A stretch of 64,000 nt of DNA from the human T2T-CHM13v2.0 reference genome, Homo sapiens. This document shows positions 1 through 10,540 of the stretch, in pieces (position 1 is the stretch's first letter; each line of letters opens with the position of its first letter). The notes beneath the pieces were generated by a model. That model saw nothing but the letters and a program-made list of their open reading frames with translations. It was not told where the DNA came from and did no database searches. The translations under genes were made by a program, and so were the position numbers. The stretch is from the NCBI RefSeq assembly GCF_009914755.1, contig NC_060927.1. One strand, given 5' to 3'.

Positions 1-1841
1 CATGAGATGGGAGCCCAAAACCCGGGGGTGGGGGACCACAGTCCAGTAAGCGTGGCCCGGCCCAAGGTCACAGAGCAAGGACCCAGGGCCCCAGCCTCTC
101 AGCCATGACCTGGCCCTCTGTCCCCCAGCAGGGAACCTTAGCCAGGCCCAGTGCTGAGGTAGGAATTTCTACAGGTAAGGAGGACACAGACGGTCAGAGA
201 GACCACTGGCCCCAGAGTGCACAGGGGTAAGTGGCGGGGCTGGCCCTCTTCAGGCAGTCCCAGTCCTCCGTCTGAAGAGCCGGCTCAGGAGGCGGCTGCC
301 ACTCCCACCCCCACCCCGTCCTGTGCTTGGGCACGCTGGCACTGCCAGGCACTTACTCGGTTTGTCGAGGGCCCAGCCCCCAGCCCAGCACCCGCGGGCT
401 TCCCCAGGCCTGGGCGAGGGCAGCAGGAGGGAACAAAGGCCCAGTCTCTGCCTGCTCAGGCCCCCACCCCCTTTGCCTGCCCCTGGCACAGAAGGAACAG
501 GGCCCTGAGGGAGCCCAGGAGCAACAGCAGCACCGCCCCCTTGTCGAGGATGCAGCAAGAAGCCCCCTCCTACCCACAGAGGCCTGCCGGCTGAGCGGCA
601 GGATTCTTCCATGCTCCACATGGGAGTGTTAGGGGGTAGAACTGAGGGACTGCAGTCACACAGCTGAGATTTGCACCCAGGCCCCACAGTGGGCAGAAAC
701 TGCCCTCTACCCCTCTCCACAGGCTGCGCATGATGGTTGTGACTGCGTTCTGGTGCAGACTAACTGAAGAGCAGAGATGAGGGAGAGAAGAGAAGGAGAG
801 CCTTGGGCACCCCAACAGAGCAAGTCCCAGGCTGAGCCGCCCTCACCCTCTCGGCCCTACCTACCTACCTTCCACCTGGATCCAGCTCAGTGCTGATCAC
901 ACAGTTTGCTGAAGGGATAGAGCTGGGGAATGTCAGAAATGGGGAAACTGAGTCAGCTTCCAGGCCTCTTAAGTCCTTGACTGGGGCTCACCTGATCCAG
1001 CCAGAGGCAAGGGAGACCTAAGCCACTCTGGAGCCTCCATTTCCTGATCTGTAACTCGGGGCTTGTTGTCCACTGGGGCCTCACTTCCCCAGACTGTGGC
1101 CCCCATCCTTCTCCAGACCTCCTCCCTGCTCTAGCCCAGGGCCTCGCTTAGACCCCCACCCCCAGGGGAGCCTTGACAGAGGCCCATGCCCACCCTTCCT
1201 TGTACACGCCTGAGCACGGCTGATTCCTCCCTGTGAGCCCAGGCCAATAATGTGCTCTTCATGCCACAAAGCTGAAAAGCACTCAGGAACCAGGTGCAAT
1301 CGGCCTAAGGGACCTGTCCAAGGCCACCCAGCCCTTAAGAAGCAAAGAAGGGCTGACCTGTCACTACCCACTGATATCTCAGGACCTGCAGGGGCAGGGT
1401 TAAATGCACATTCCCCTCTCACCCACACGGCAGCAAGAGAAAGAGTTAGGGTCCTGGGGGCTGCAATCTGGGCAATGCCTAAGCAGACAGCCTCAGACAA
1501 TGAAGGGCGAGTCAGGACTCAGTTGTGTCAACTTGGTATATACAACCTCTCCAAGCCTTGATTTCAGCAGAAGCCCACAGAGAAAGCCCTGATGCCTCTG
1601 CCTGCCAGTGCCTAAGGGCTGGGGAAATGCCACCTGCCCCAGCTTCATCCAGAAACTGTGGCTGCTCCCTCCCATCTGCGGGGCACCTTGATTAGTCTAA
1701 GTGGCCAGCAGACCCCAAGCAGAACCAGGCCAGTGCCTCACACAGAGCAGGCACTAGGATGCCTGTCGACAGCACTCCTTCCCCTCCTTCCCAGGCCCCA
1801 AGCCCTTATCGGACACGACTCATTTTAAAGAAAAAATAATA

Positions 1842-1847
1842 TTTATT
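1842..1847 (-). terminator. Polyadenylation signal AATAAA of DUSP7
   Basis: Plus strand tttatt at 1842-1847 inside an AT-rich island at the end of the UTR. Confidence 0.8.
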
Positions 1848-1881
1848 TGCAATATAAACAAAGTCCCGTTGTTGGTTCGGG

Positions 1882-1917
1882 ATATATATATATATGTATG
1901 TGTGTGTATATATATAC
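1882..1917. repeat. (TA)n/(TG)n compound microsatellite
   Basis: atatatatatatatgtatgtgtgtgtatatatatac. Confidence 0.85.
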
Positions 1918-2597
1918 GTAGGGTCACAAATCTTCCTTCATAAGATCATAAAGCAAAACTGGCCACCTTCTGGCATACCCTCATTTACACAAATCTGGTA
2001 CATCTTTCTGGGTTTTCTTTTTAAAAATAAAAGAGAGAAAAAGAGAACCATGTACAGCATGGAAGCTTGTTGTCAATTTCTCGACTGTGGCAAGATTTTA
2101 ATCTGCTGCGCTAAAGAATCCCTGAAAGCCACCCCCGTGAGGTAAGAAGCAGTGGGGCAGAGTTTTTCTGTGGCCTCACTCACATGCTGAGTGCTGCTCC
2201 GTCAGGGACCCTGGCCTGACTCCTCTGCCTGCCCCAGGCCCCCATGCAGTCCTGACACCTGGTGGAACTGAGGCTGGAGAAGGAACAAAACTGGAGGAAG
2301 ATAACGGAATCCGTGGCTTCGTTCTGTGGAGGCAGGGGGAAGTGAACAGAGCCTTACCCCCCTTCTGCTGGTCCATCCTTGCCCCACTTGCCCCCGCCCT
2401 AGGGTTGAAATGGGTGCAAGTCTCCTGGCAGTAGAAGGCATGGGCAAGATGAGGGCAGGGCAAGCTTCCAAGGGGACAAGGGGGCTGGGAGTGGCCAGAC
2501 CAAAGCAACAGCTAGGGAGAAGGAAGAACCTGGAGGTCGGGCTGGGCCCCACCACCTAATGTCTCCCCAGCCACTGGGCCTCCACTCCCAGTTACAA

Positions 2598-2714
2598 CAA
2601 GAGAGAGGAAAGGAAGAGAGAGGGAGGGGGGGAGAGAGAAAGAAAGAGAGAGAGAGGGAGAGAGAGAAAGAGAGAGAGGGAGAGGAAGAGAGAGAGACAG
2701 ACAGACAGACAGAA
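2598..2714. repeat. (GA)n/(GACA)n purine-rich simple repeat
   Basis: About 100 bp of pure A/G followed by GACA repeats. Confidence 0.9.
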
Positions 2715-3717
2715 GTAGTGGCTAAGTATATAAAAGGGCTCAGAGCCCAGGCCTTCTTAGGGGCTGACCCCAGAGGGCTAATGCTACTGCCTGGCAGCCC
2801 CCTGCGGCCCACCTCCTGGGGGACAGCGGCAGGGCCCCAGGGTCCCCACCTTCTGCCTCAGGGAGGTCTGCAGGGACCACCAGAGGGATGGATGAGACGG
2901 CAGAAAATGCAAAGACCACCATCCAGCCCACCAATCACAACTTGCAGCAGTCATCACAGGCGAATGCAGAGCTAAGTCAGACTGGGCCAAGGGTGGGAGG
3001 CGGCACGACTGGGGGTCCCAATACCTGAAGAGCAGTAAGCCACCCCTTCAAGAAGGGCCCGCTGAGGAAACAGAGGCTTCACACATGTGCAAAACGCATT
3101 TGGTCAAGGTCAACATGGCGTCTGTCTTTTCCATTAAAAAACAAAAACAAAAACAAACACGATACTTGCTTTTTGAAATTGAACGAAAAACAAAACTGAA
3201 CATTTCTCTCTCTTGCAGGATCAGGAAAGGGATGAAATACTGGGTTATACAATCCACTGTTGCATGTAGCCTGAAAATAACACTTTTTGTTAAAAAAAAA
3301 AAAAAAAAGAAAAATCAAGAAGAGCTCAAACACTCTTTGTGCTCCAGGGAGCTTGGATTTACCTGCCAAAAGTAAAAAGTAAACTCAGGTCCGTGGATGT
3401 GTCTTTAAAAAACAGCCAAACTGGCTGGGCTGTCAGCAGAAAGGAGCGTCCTGGACAGGATGAGGCCCTGGTGGACGCCCAAAGCCACGTGTCCAAGAGC
3501 CGAGGCCTCTCCAGCAAGCCCTGCAGTGGGAGACCTTGCCTGCGGGCCCTGCCCCCAAGGATGGTGAGGGGCGCTCCGACACCGATCAGCCTGGGCCTCT
3601 GGGCACAGGTGACATCTGGGGGTTCCTCAGGCCAGAGGTGGCGGGCTTGGGCTCTCCCACCTAGCCCTGTGGAGAGCCGAGCAGGGGCCTGGTGCCATGC
3701 CCCCCGTGCACCAGGCC

Positions 3718-4025
3718 TCACGTGGACTCCAGCGTATTGAGTGGGAACAGGTTGTGGTTGGTGGGCGTGGAAAAGTAGAGCTGCTCACTCGACGCGTGGT
3801 TGTCGCACGGGCTGCTTAGCCCCAGCGTCCGCTCAAAGTCCAGCAGCTGCCCCATGAAGTTGAAGTTGGGCGAGATGTTGGACTTTTTCCTCTTGACAAA
3901 GTCGTAGGCGTCGTTGAGTGACAGGTTCATCTTCTGCATCAGATAGGCCACAGTGACCGTCACTGAGCGGCTGATGCCTGCCAGGCAGTGCACCAGGACA
4001 CCACACTTCTTGGAGCGGGCTTCGT
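3718..4025 (-). CDS. DUSP7: DUSP7 coding exon 3 (catalytic motif to stop)
   Basis: Acceptor TTTCAG|ACGAA; encodes [21 protein letters not shown] (HCX5R motif), AYLM and [10 protein letters not shown], ending TGA at 3720-3718. 517+435+308=1260 nt, i.e. 419 aa. Confidence 0.97.
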
Positions 4026-6842
4026 CTGAAACACATTGGCATGGGTCAGGGAGGTGCCTCCTTCAAGGAGCCTTCCCACATGGGTGGGCAGGTGGGGCTG
4101 GGGCACAGAGGGCAGCATGGTGGCTGGCTGGTCTTGCCCGACCCCTGAGGGACCTGGCCAAGCCCAGTGTGGGTAGGGCAGCAACTTGGAATAGAGGTCA
4201 ACAGCACTGCTGTGGAGAGGGCTCTGCACACTTTAGCCCCAAGGCACTGGACACCCGTGTCTGTTTCCTCATCTATAAAATGGGCCTATTTATGCACAGT
4301 GGTCTCATAAGGACCTGAGCCAAGTGAGGGGTCAACAAACATGAACTACTGTAATGCCTGTGATCATGGCTAGTCCTACCACTGCCATGTGCGTTAACGA
4401 CTGCTGTCACGGGTGTCACCTGCATCCTCTTGGGTCATCTGCACCATGGCCAGTAAGCCCATTTTATCAACGAGGAAACAGACACAGAGACAAAGTGGCA
4501 AGCCCAAGGCCACACAGAAGCTCCTCCTAGCTCAGCGCCCGCTGCTGCCAGGCCATGACCTGGGACTGGGGGCTGGGCTGGTTCTCTTGGAGCCGCTCCC
4601 ATGGGTTGTCCCTGAGAGTCTTCTAGGAAAGTGGCCTGAGGGAGGCTCCTCTGGAAGGAAGTAGGTGGCCTGGCCCTGCATTTCGCTCTGCCATCTGCCC
4701 AGCTAGTCCCCAAGGCCTTAACTCCAGCTCCTAAGACACATGGACTGGGATGATGGCCACACTATCACTTGTGATGGGGCTTCATAAGTGAGGTGTGCTT
4801 AAATGGGCCCCACCCCTGCCACTTGCTAGACCTTCCTCAGGAGGCCCATGTGTCAGTGATATCTCCTACCACAGCTGACTGGATGGGGCCAACCTTCCTG
4901 TCCCCTTTCCCCTCCAACCCTCCCAGCTTCCCCCAGTGCCACCCTCAGACTCCTCTGTCTGACACATAGAAGCTCAATAAATACTGGCCGAGCTACTGAA
5001 CAACTCAGTCCTGTAATCTCTCCTGGACCCCGGGGCAGCTGCCTCTCTGTGTGCCACAGCTGTGCCAGGGACATAGATTCACAAGAGGCAGCCATGGGGT
5101 CCTTGATGTCCCCACCACCCTGACTCTGAACCCTCCAGGAGCCAGGCACACAGCTAGCACGCAATCAATGCCTTCCTACAAGATGACATACGGGTTCACC
5201 CACTGTTCTTCGTTGCCTTTGTCCTGACAGAGCTTCCTCTCCCATCCCCTCCCAACCAAGGAGTAAAGCATACAGTAGGTGCTTCCTCCAGACTCAGGGA
5301 CTGACAGGGGGCCCCATGGCTAAGGCACTGGGGCAGGATCATCTGGCAAGGAGACAGACATTGCAGCTTCATGAGGAGCTGTGTGGTCAGACCTCGAGAT
5401 TGGGGGTGGGAAAAGGGGGTGCTGGGACCAGCCTCCAGTGGTGACACCAGGATGTGAGGAACGCCTGGCCTCCAAACCCACCTCCAGGTGATCCAAAGAC
5501 AGTCTGTTTCTGCTGGCTTTATTTTTGGCCTTTTCAGGGTGTAGCTGGTGACTGATCCTGTCCCACTGACTCCTAAGGGATGCCTGGGCCTCAATTCCTT
5601 CACTTGTCAAATGAGGAAAAAGGTCCCCCTACCCAGACGGGGAGGAGCTTTCAGGAAGGATAAAGGTACCCACTAGCCAGGCCCAGCCTGGCGAAGCCTG
5701 CTTCCCTCTCTCTATTCCCCTCCCTCGTTGGGGGAGTTCAAATGCTGAGGCAGCACCCCTAGCCCTCTTGACCCAGGGGGTGGTGGGCAGGGCTGAGAAG
5801 CTCCAGGCAGCCCCAGTTGCAGCCCCTCCCCCAGGCCTCAGCTTCCTTCCTTCCTCCCAGCCAGGCACCTACTTTTGGTTCCCAGTAAGCGGATGAGGCG
5901 GGGAAGCCTCCCACTTCCTGTTGTTAAAGCTAGCCCAGCCCAGCCGACACCAAAACGCCCTCCACTGGACACAGCCACCATCGGGAAAAGACAGCCCGGG
6001 CCACCCCCACACCTTGCCACTGGAGGCTGGGCAGAAACATTGGGTCACCAGGCTCAGAGATAGAGCGTTTACATTCATCCTGAGCCCTCGTGCCCCTTCC
6101 TTGCACCCTGGGCCAGGGGAGATGACCTGTGGTCTCAGCCTCCAGCTGGCCAAGGAGAAAGCAGTGGGGACCCGAGTCTGCTGAGGCTGGGGATACAGGG
6201 ACTCGAAGGGCACTAAGCCAGACAGCAGGACACACTGCTCTGGGGAAGGCCTTTCTCCACTCCCCCACCTTCTCTTGCACTCCTCCCTACACTCCAAGCA
6301 AGCCCTACAGGCTGCAGAGAGCATCTGGAGGCTGACTGAGCTAGCAGTCACCACATTTCAATAGCTGCCTGTTTGGGGTGTGCCTCTGGCTCCAGGGCTA
6401 CCTTTCAGCCCTCTTAGGTCCACATTAAAGCCCAAAGAGGCACTATGACAACCCCATCCTGGAGAGACACGTGTGCTGAGGCGTGATGCGGAGCAAGTGA
6501 GACCCGTGGGAGGTCTGTGCGCTGTGATGTTTCAGCTTGCTAAGCCCGAAACAACATCTAAGCCAGGAAAACACAAGCTGGACAGCAGAGAGCCCATGAC
6601 GTGCTGTCAGCTAGGGGGAGCTCAGGACTCAGGAGACTGCTCAGGCCCCAACAGGTAGAGGGGCCCAAGGGACTCGGTGACTCACAGTAGGCCTGGGTAC
6701 ACCCACGGGCACACGCTGGCACACGTAGGGCACACACAGGTCTCAACAGGCCCAGAGGTACCCAGTCAGGCGGGGGCGCCACCCAGAGTCCTGCATACAC
6801 CTTGATGCACCCACACCCCCCTGCCCAGCACACAGCACCTAC

Positions 6843-7277
6843 CAATGAAGCTGATGGCCTCAGGGAAGAACTGGGAGAGGTTCTGGCTCCAGTGGTCAGA
6901 GATGGGGATCTGCTTGTAGGTGAACTCGCCGCCGTGCTCGAAGGCGTTGGGTAGGTTGGGTGTGACATTGAGGATATACTTGATGCCATACTTGCCGAGC
7001 ACGTCCAGGTTGGTGGAGTCCTTGGCGCAGCCGAGGTAGAGGTAGGGCAGGATCTGGACAGGGAAGGCTGGTTGGCTGGATGGCACAGGGCTGCCGTCTG
7101 ACTCGGTGGCACTGCTGGGCAGCTCTCGGTCCGACTCGCCGTCGGAGCAGTCAGAGCTGATGCGCAGGCCCCCCAGGCCCAGCACTGAGGTGGGTGGCGA
7201 GCTGCTCGGCGAGGAAGAGCTGTCCACGTTGGTCTCGCAGTGCTCAGAGTACTCTGTTTGAAACTTGTTGAAACCAC
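6843..7277 (-). CDS. DUSP7: DUSP7 coding exon 2 (linker, NES-like motif, first half of phosphatase domain)
   Basis: Acceptor ACAG|GTGGT and donor ATTG|GTAGG; 435 nt. Reads GGFNKFQ...[12 protein letters not shown]...[12 protein letters not shown]...[21 protein letters not shown], in frame with exons 1 and 3. Confidence 0.97.
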
Positions 7278-7379
7278 CTGTGTCCAGGGTGAGACAGGGC
7301 CTGGGTGAGAGGCTGGTGAGAGCCCAGATGGGCTGCACAAGACCAGAGATGGCCAGGACTCTGCACGCCAACCACCACA

Positions 7380-7520
7380 GCACCCACGGTCAGCATGGGC
7401 CATGCCAAGCATGTTACACGTGTGCCCTCTCTCGTGTTCTCTCCATCTAAACCATGACCACTTCACAGATAAGGAAACTGAGGCCCCAGAAGGTGAAGTG
7501 ACGTGCCTGGACTCCAAACT
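7380..7520 (-). mobile_element. MIR SINE fragment
   Basis: cacagataaggaaactgaggccccagaaggtgaagtgac matches the reverse complement of the MIR core. Confidence 0.6.
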
Positions 7521-8379
7521 GGTACCCATAACACTTCAGGGCCCCCAGCCATGGCACCAGCTTTAGGGCACTTGAGGACAGGCCCCAGCTAATTCCTCTT
7601 CTGCAGCTCCCACGCACACCTAGCACCCATGGGTGTTCAGTAACAGCTAAGTGGTAAAGAAAAGCAGACAACCCCATCTTAGCCAGCACCTCTGGGTTGG
7701 CAAACTCCTCTTATAGATGAGACCACAGGTGCCAGAGCCACATCTGGCTCAGTTAGAGGCAGAGAGGTCCTGGGCTTCCTGAACGGGAGTCTAGTGGTTG
7801 CCCAGCCCCGAAACTACAGCTGGGGAGGGTAGTGGGAAGGTACTGGCTGGCCCCTTCCCCCAGCAGGGGCAGGTTTTTGAAGGGGGTCCTGGCTCCACTT
7901 CTCTAGAACCCTCCCTTAGAACACAAGCCCCACCCCCAGCCTTGGACCTGCAGCGGGGGAGGGCCACTGGGGCGATACAGGGACAGGAGAAATGGGGAGC
8001 CCCTTGCAGCGAGGCATGGGCCCTGCGCCCGAGGGTGCCGCAGGCCTCCCCTCCCCTCCCGCCCGCCCCGCTGCCAGCAAGAGGCCATTTTGGAATGTTA
8101 ATTGGAAACACCGGCCTCAGCCACTCGCCCCCCGGTGCTACCTCTCCCTTCTGCAAGCTCCGGGGCAGCAGGCTAGGGACCTGGGGGTCCCGAGAGACCC
8201 GGGCCAGGGCAATGGAGCCTGCCCATACCCTGCCCCAAGCGCCTCCTAGAGGCGGCAATTCTCCGGTGGAAGAAGCAATTCCCGGATCCAGGAGACCCCA
8301 ACCCAAATGGTCTCCATGCGCTGGAGGTGAGGATGGTGCTATGAAAGGTGCCCTTCCTGATCCTGGCCTTCCAGAAACA

Positions 8380-9730
8380 CGAATTCTAGGCTGGACTTGG
8401 GCGCCCTGCCGCTTTTAGGGTTCTGGGAGGCGGCGCCTTCCACCTCTGAGGGGCTCCACTGGAGCCCAGGCACTACTGTCGCCCCATCAACAGGAAAAAA
8501 AAGGAAACCCCAGGCAGGGGAAAGTTTGTTCCACCCACTCGAATCGTGCCGAGAAAGGGGGCGCAGAGGGAGCCCCGCGCCTGCCAAACCACACAGTGGG
8601 GACCCGGCTCCAGGAGGGCGGATGCGGGCCGGGGACGACGTGGCGCCCAGAGGGGCAGGCCGAGCGCGTGGAGAGGAAAGCGCCTCCAAGGGGGGCGTCA
8701 GGGAGTCGCGGGGGGGCCCCGATCCCGTAAGGCGTCTCGGTGCCGCCCTCACCTTGGAGGTAGTAGGCCTGGCAGCCGTCGTCGCGCAGCTTCTGTAGGA
8801 GCAGGCCGAGCACGGAGGCGGGAGCGCCGGGCTCGGGCTGCCACTCGGCCGTGGCCTCGTCGTAGAGCAGCACGGTGGCCGCCTTGCAGCGCGTGGCGAA
8901 GCGCTCCTTGTCGGCGTGGTTGGGGATGATGGAGCGGATGGGCAGGTTGCCCTTGCGCAGGCGGCGCAACATGAGGCCCGGGATGGCCAGGTTGATGGCC
9001 GTCTCGATGTGCGACGACTCGAAGAGCTCGTGCGGCCGGCAGTCGAGCAGCAGCAAGGACGCGCCGCCGCGCGCCTCCAGCTCCTCCTGCAGCCACTCGG
9101 CGCTCTTGCAGGGCATGGCCCCTGCCCCCGTCGCCGCGCCCGCCCCGGTGCCTGCGCCGGACCCCGACCCCGCACCGGGCTCGGACCCCGCCCGGGTGCC
9201 CCCAGCCGCCGCCGCCCCCGAAGTCGACATGTGCGCCCGCGCTGGGGGGCCGCGGAGCTGGTTTTTCATGGGGAGCGCGGGCGGCCCGGGGCCGGGGCCG
9301 GGCAGCCCTGCCCTGGGACGGCGCCCCGGCCGCGCGGGCCCCAGCCGCGTCTCCGGGCGCCCGCCTCCCGCCGAGCTGCGCGCCCGCCGCCCCGGCCTCC
9401 CGGCCTCCCGGCCTCCGTCCCGCCCGCCCGCCCGGCCCTCCGCGCGCACCGCGGCCTGACAGCCCCAATTAAACGGCGGCTCCGGCGGCCGCGCGCCGAG
9501 GCGTTCTCCGGGGGGCGGGGCCGCGGGGGCCGGCGCCCGGGCTTAAAGGCGCAGCGCCTCCACCGCCCCTCCCCACGGGGTATGCGGGCGCGCTCGCGAC
9601 CCGAGCCCGGGAGACCAGCGGCGGGGCCCTCCCCCACCGCCTCCGCACCGTTGCCCCCTGGACTAGCTCGGAGCTGACTACGATCCGCCTAGGGACCCCG
9701 GCCTAGACGCCCTCATGGGTTCACTCTGCG
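8380..9730. promoter_or_regulatory. CpG island covering DUSP7 promoter, 5' UTR and exon 1
   Basis: Very high GC and CpG density relative to the flanks; many GGGCGG/CCGCCC boxes. Confidence 0.9.
8753..9269 (-). CDS. DUSP7: DUSP7 coding exon 1 (Gly/Ala-rich N-terminus + rhodanese-like MAPK-binding domain)
   Basis: ATG at 9269 (MKNQLRGPP...), then [17 protein letters not shown] and the kinase-interaction motif LMLRRLRKG typical of DUSP6/7/9. Ends CAAG|GTGAG (donor GT 8752-8751); 517 nt, phase 1. Confidence 0.97.
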
Positions 9731-9889
9731 CGTGCTCCCAAGCTCTTCTGGACACTGCGGGAAGAGAGGCCCTGGGGGCGTCCTATGCCTGGCACCCCCA
9801 CCCCACATTCACAACAGCATAGTTTTCCTGGGACGGGGCGTGGTGGGGGGGATGGTCAAGCTGAGCAACCTCTCCTCCTCCCGCCTGTC

Positions 9890-9972
9890 ATCCCATTCAT
9901 TTTTTCTGTCATCGAGTTCATTCAACAAATGAGAACTGAACGCCTACTACGTGCCAGGCACTGTGCTAGGCG
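9890..9972 (-). mobile_element. L2 LINE 3' end
   Basis: cattcaacaaat...gcctactacgtgccaggcactgtgctagg is the reverse complement of the L2 3' terminus. Confidence 0.7.
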
Positions 9973-10214
9973 GTCACCGTTTCAGAGGACCTCATCGTTC
10001 CCCTGACGGTCACAGGCTCCAGACCTGAGGGAGAGCGTCTCACGCCAGCAGGCCTGATGGGAAATCAGGACCTGGGCAACTGGCGGGGTAGGAAGACTCA
10101 GGGCCGTGCCACCTTCCGTGGGCAGGTGTGGAGAAATCCTGGAAAGGACCAGCTTTGGGAAGGGATCGCGAGCCCTTTAAGAAAGCTTTACAAGCGGGGT
10201 GGTGACAGGCGCCC

Positions 10215-10540
10215 AGTGAAGCGCCACGTGACTTTTTCCACGGGGCCGGTGGGAGGGGAATGCTCCTTTATAATCAGCTTTCCTTCCCCTGCCTCCCTCT
10301 CAACGGACCAATCAACTTCCGCGGTAGGCGGGCGCCTGCCATGCAGATGGCCAATCCTGGCCGAAAGAGGCGGTGGCGGAGGGAGGCGGGGCCCGCCGCG
10401 GTTTCCACCCAGGGCGGGGAAGTGGGCGGGGCCTCCGCCCGCCCTGTGTGTCGATTTGCAGGCAGGCGGGGCAGCGGAGGTGAATGGACCCGCAGGTAGC
10501 GCTAGAACAAAGCGGCTAGACGCAGGCGGCGCGCTTGCGT
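10215..10540. promoter_or_regulatory. Upstream promoter-like module (E-box, TATA, 2x CCAAT, ETS, GC boxes)
   Basis: CACGTG 10225-10230; TATAAAG on minus ~10272-10266; CCAAT 10308-10312 and 10351-10355; ACTTCCG 10315-10321; GGAAGT 10418-10423; several GC boxes 10381-10442; CpG-rich. Confidence 0.6.

Larger units (their letters stand above)
1822..3717 (-). other. DUSP7: DUSP7 3' UTR
   Basis: Runs from the stop codon to the AATAAA at 1847-1842 in an AU-rich context; cleavage site estimated about 20 nt downstream. Confidence 0.8.

Noticed and set aside
2399-2975. ORFs with ERER/LSLS runs
   Set aside because: They are translations of the (GA)n repeat in the DUSP7 3' UTR.
6558-7529. 323-aa alternative-frame ORF across DUSP7 exon 2, and the intronic ends of the 205-aa ORF
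   Set aside because: The 323-aa ORF begins in MIR-derived intron sequence and has no domain; the splice sites define the true exon.
8339-9677. Several long overlapping ORFs (194-278 aa) on both strands over DUSP7 exon 1
   Set aside because: Stop codons are depleted in the CpG island; the products are Arg/Pro/Gly/Ala low-complexity shadows of the real frame.
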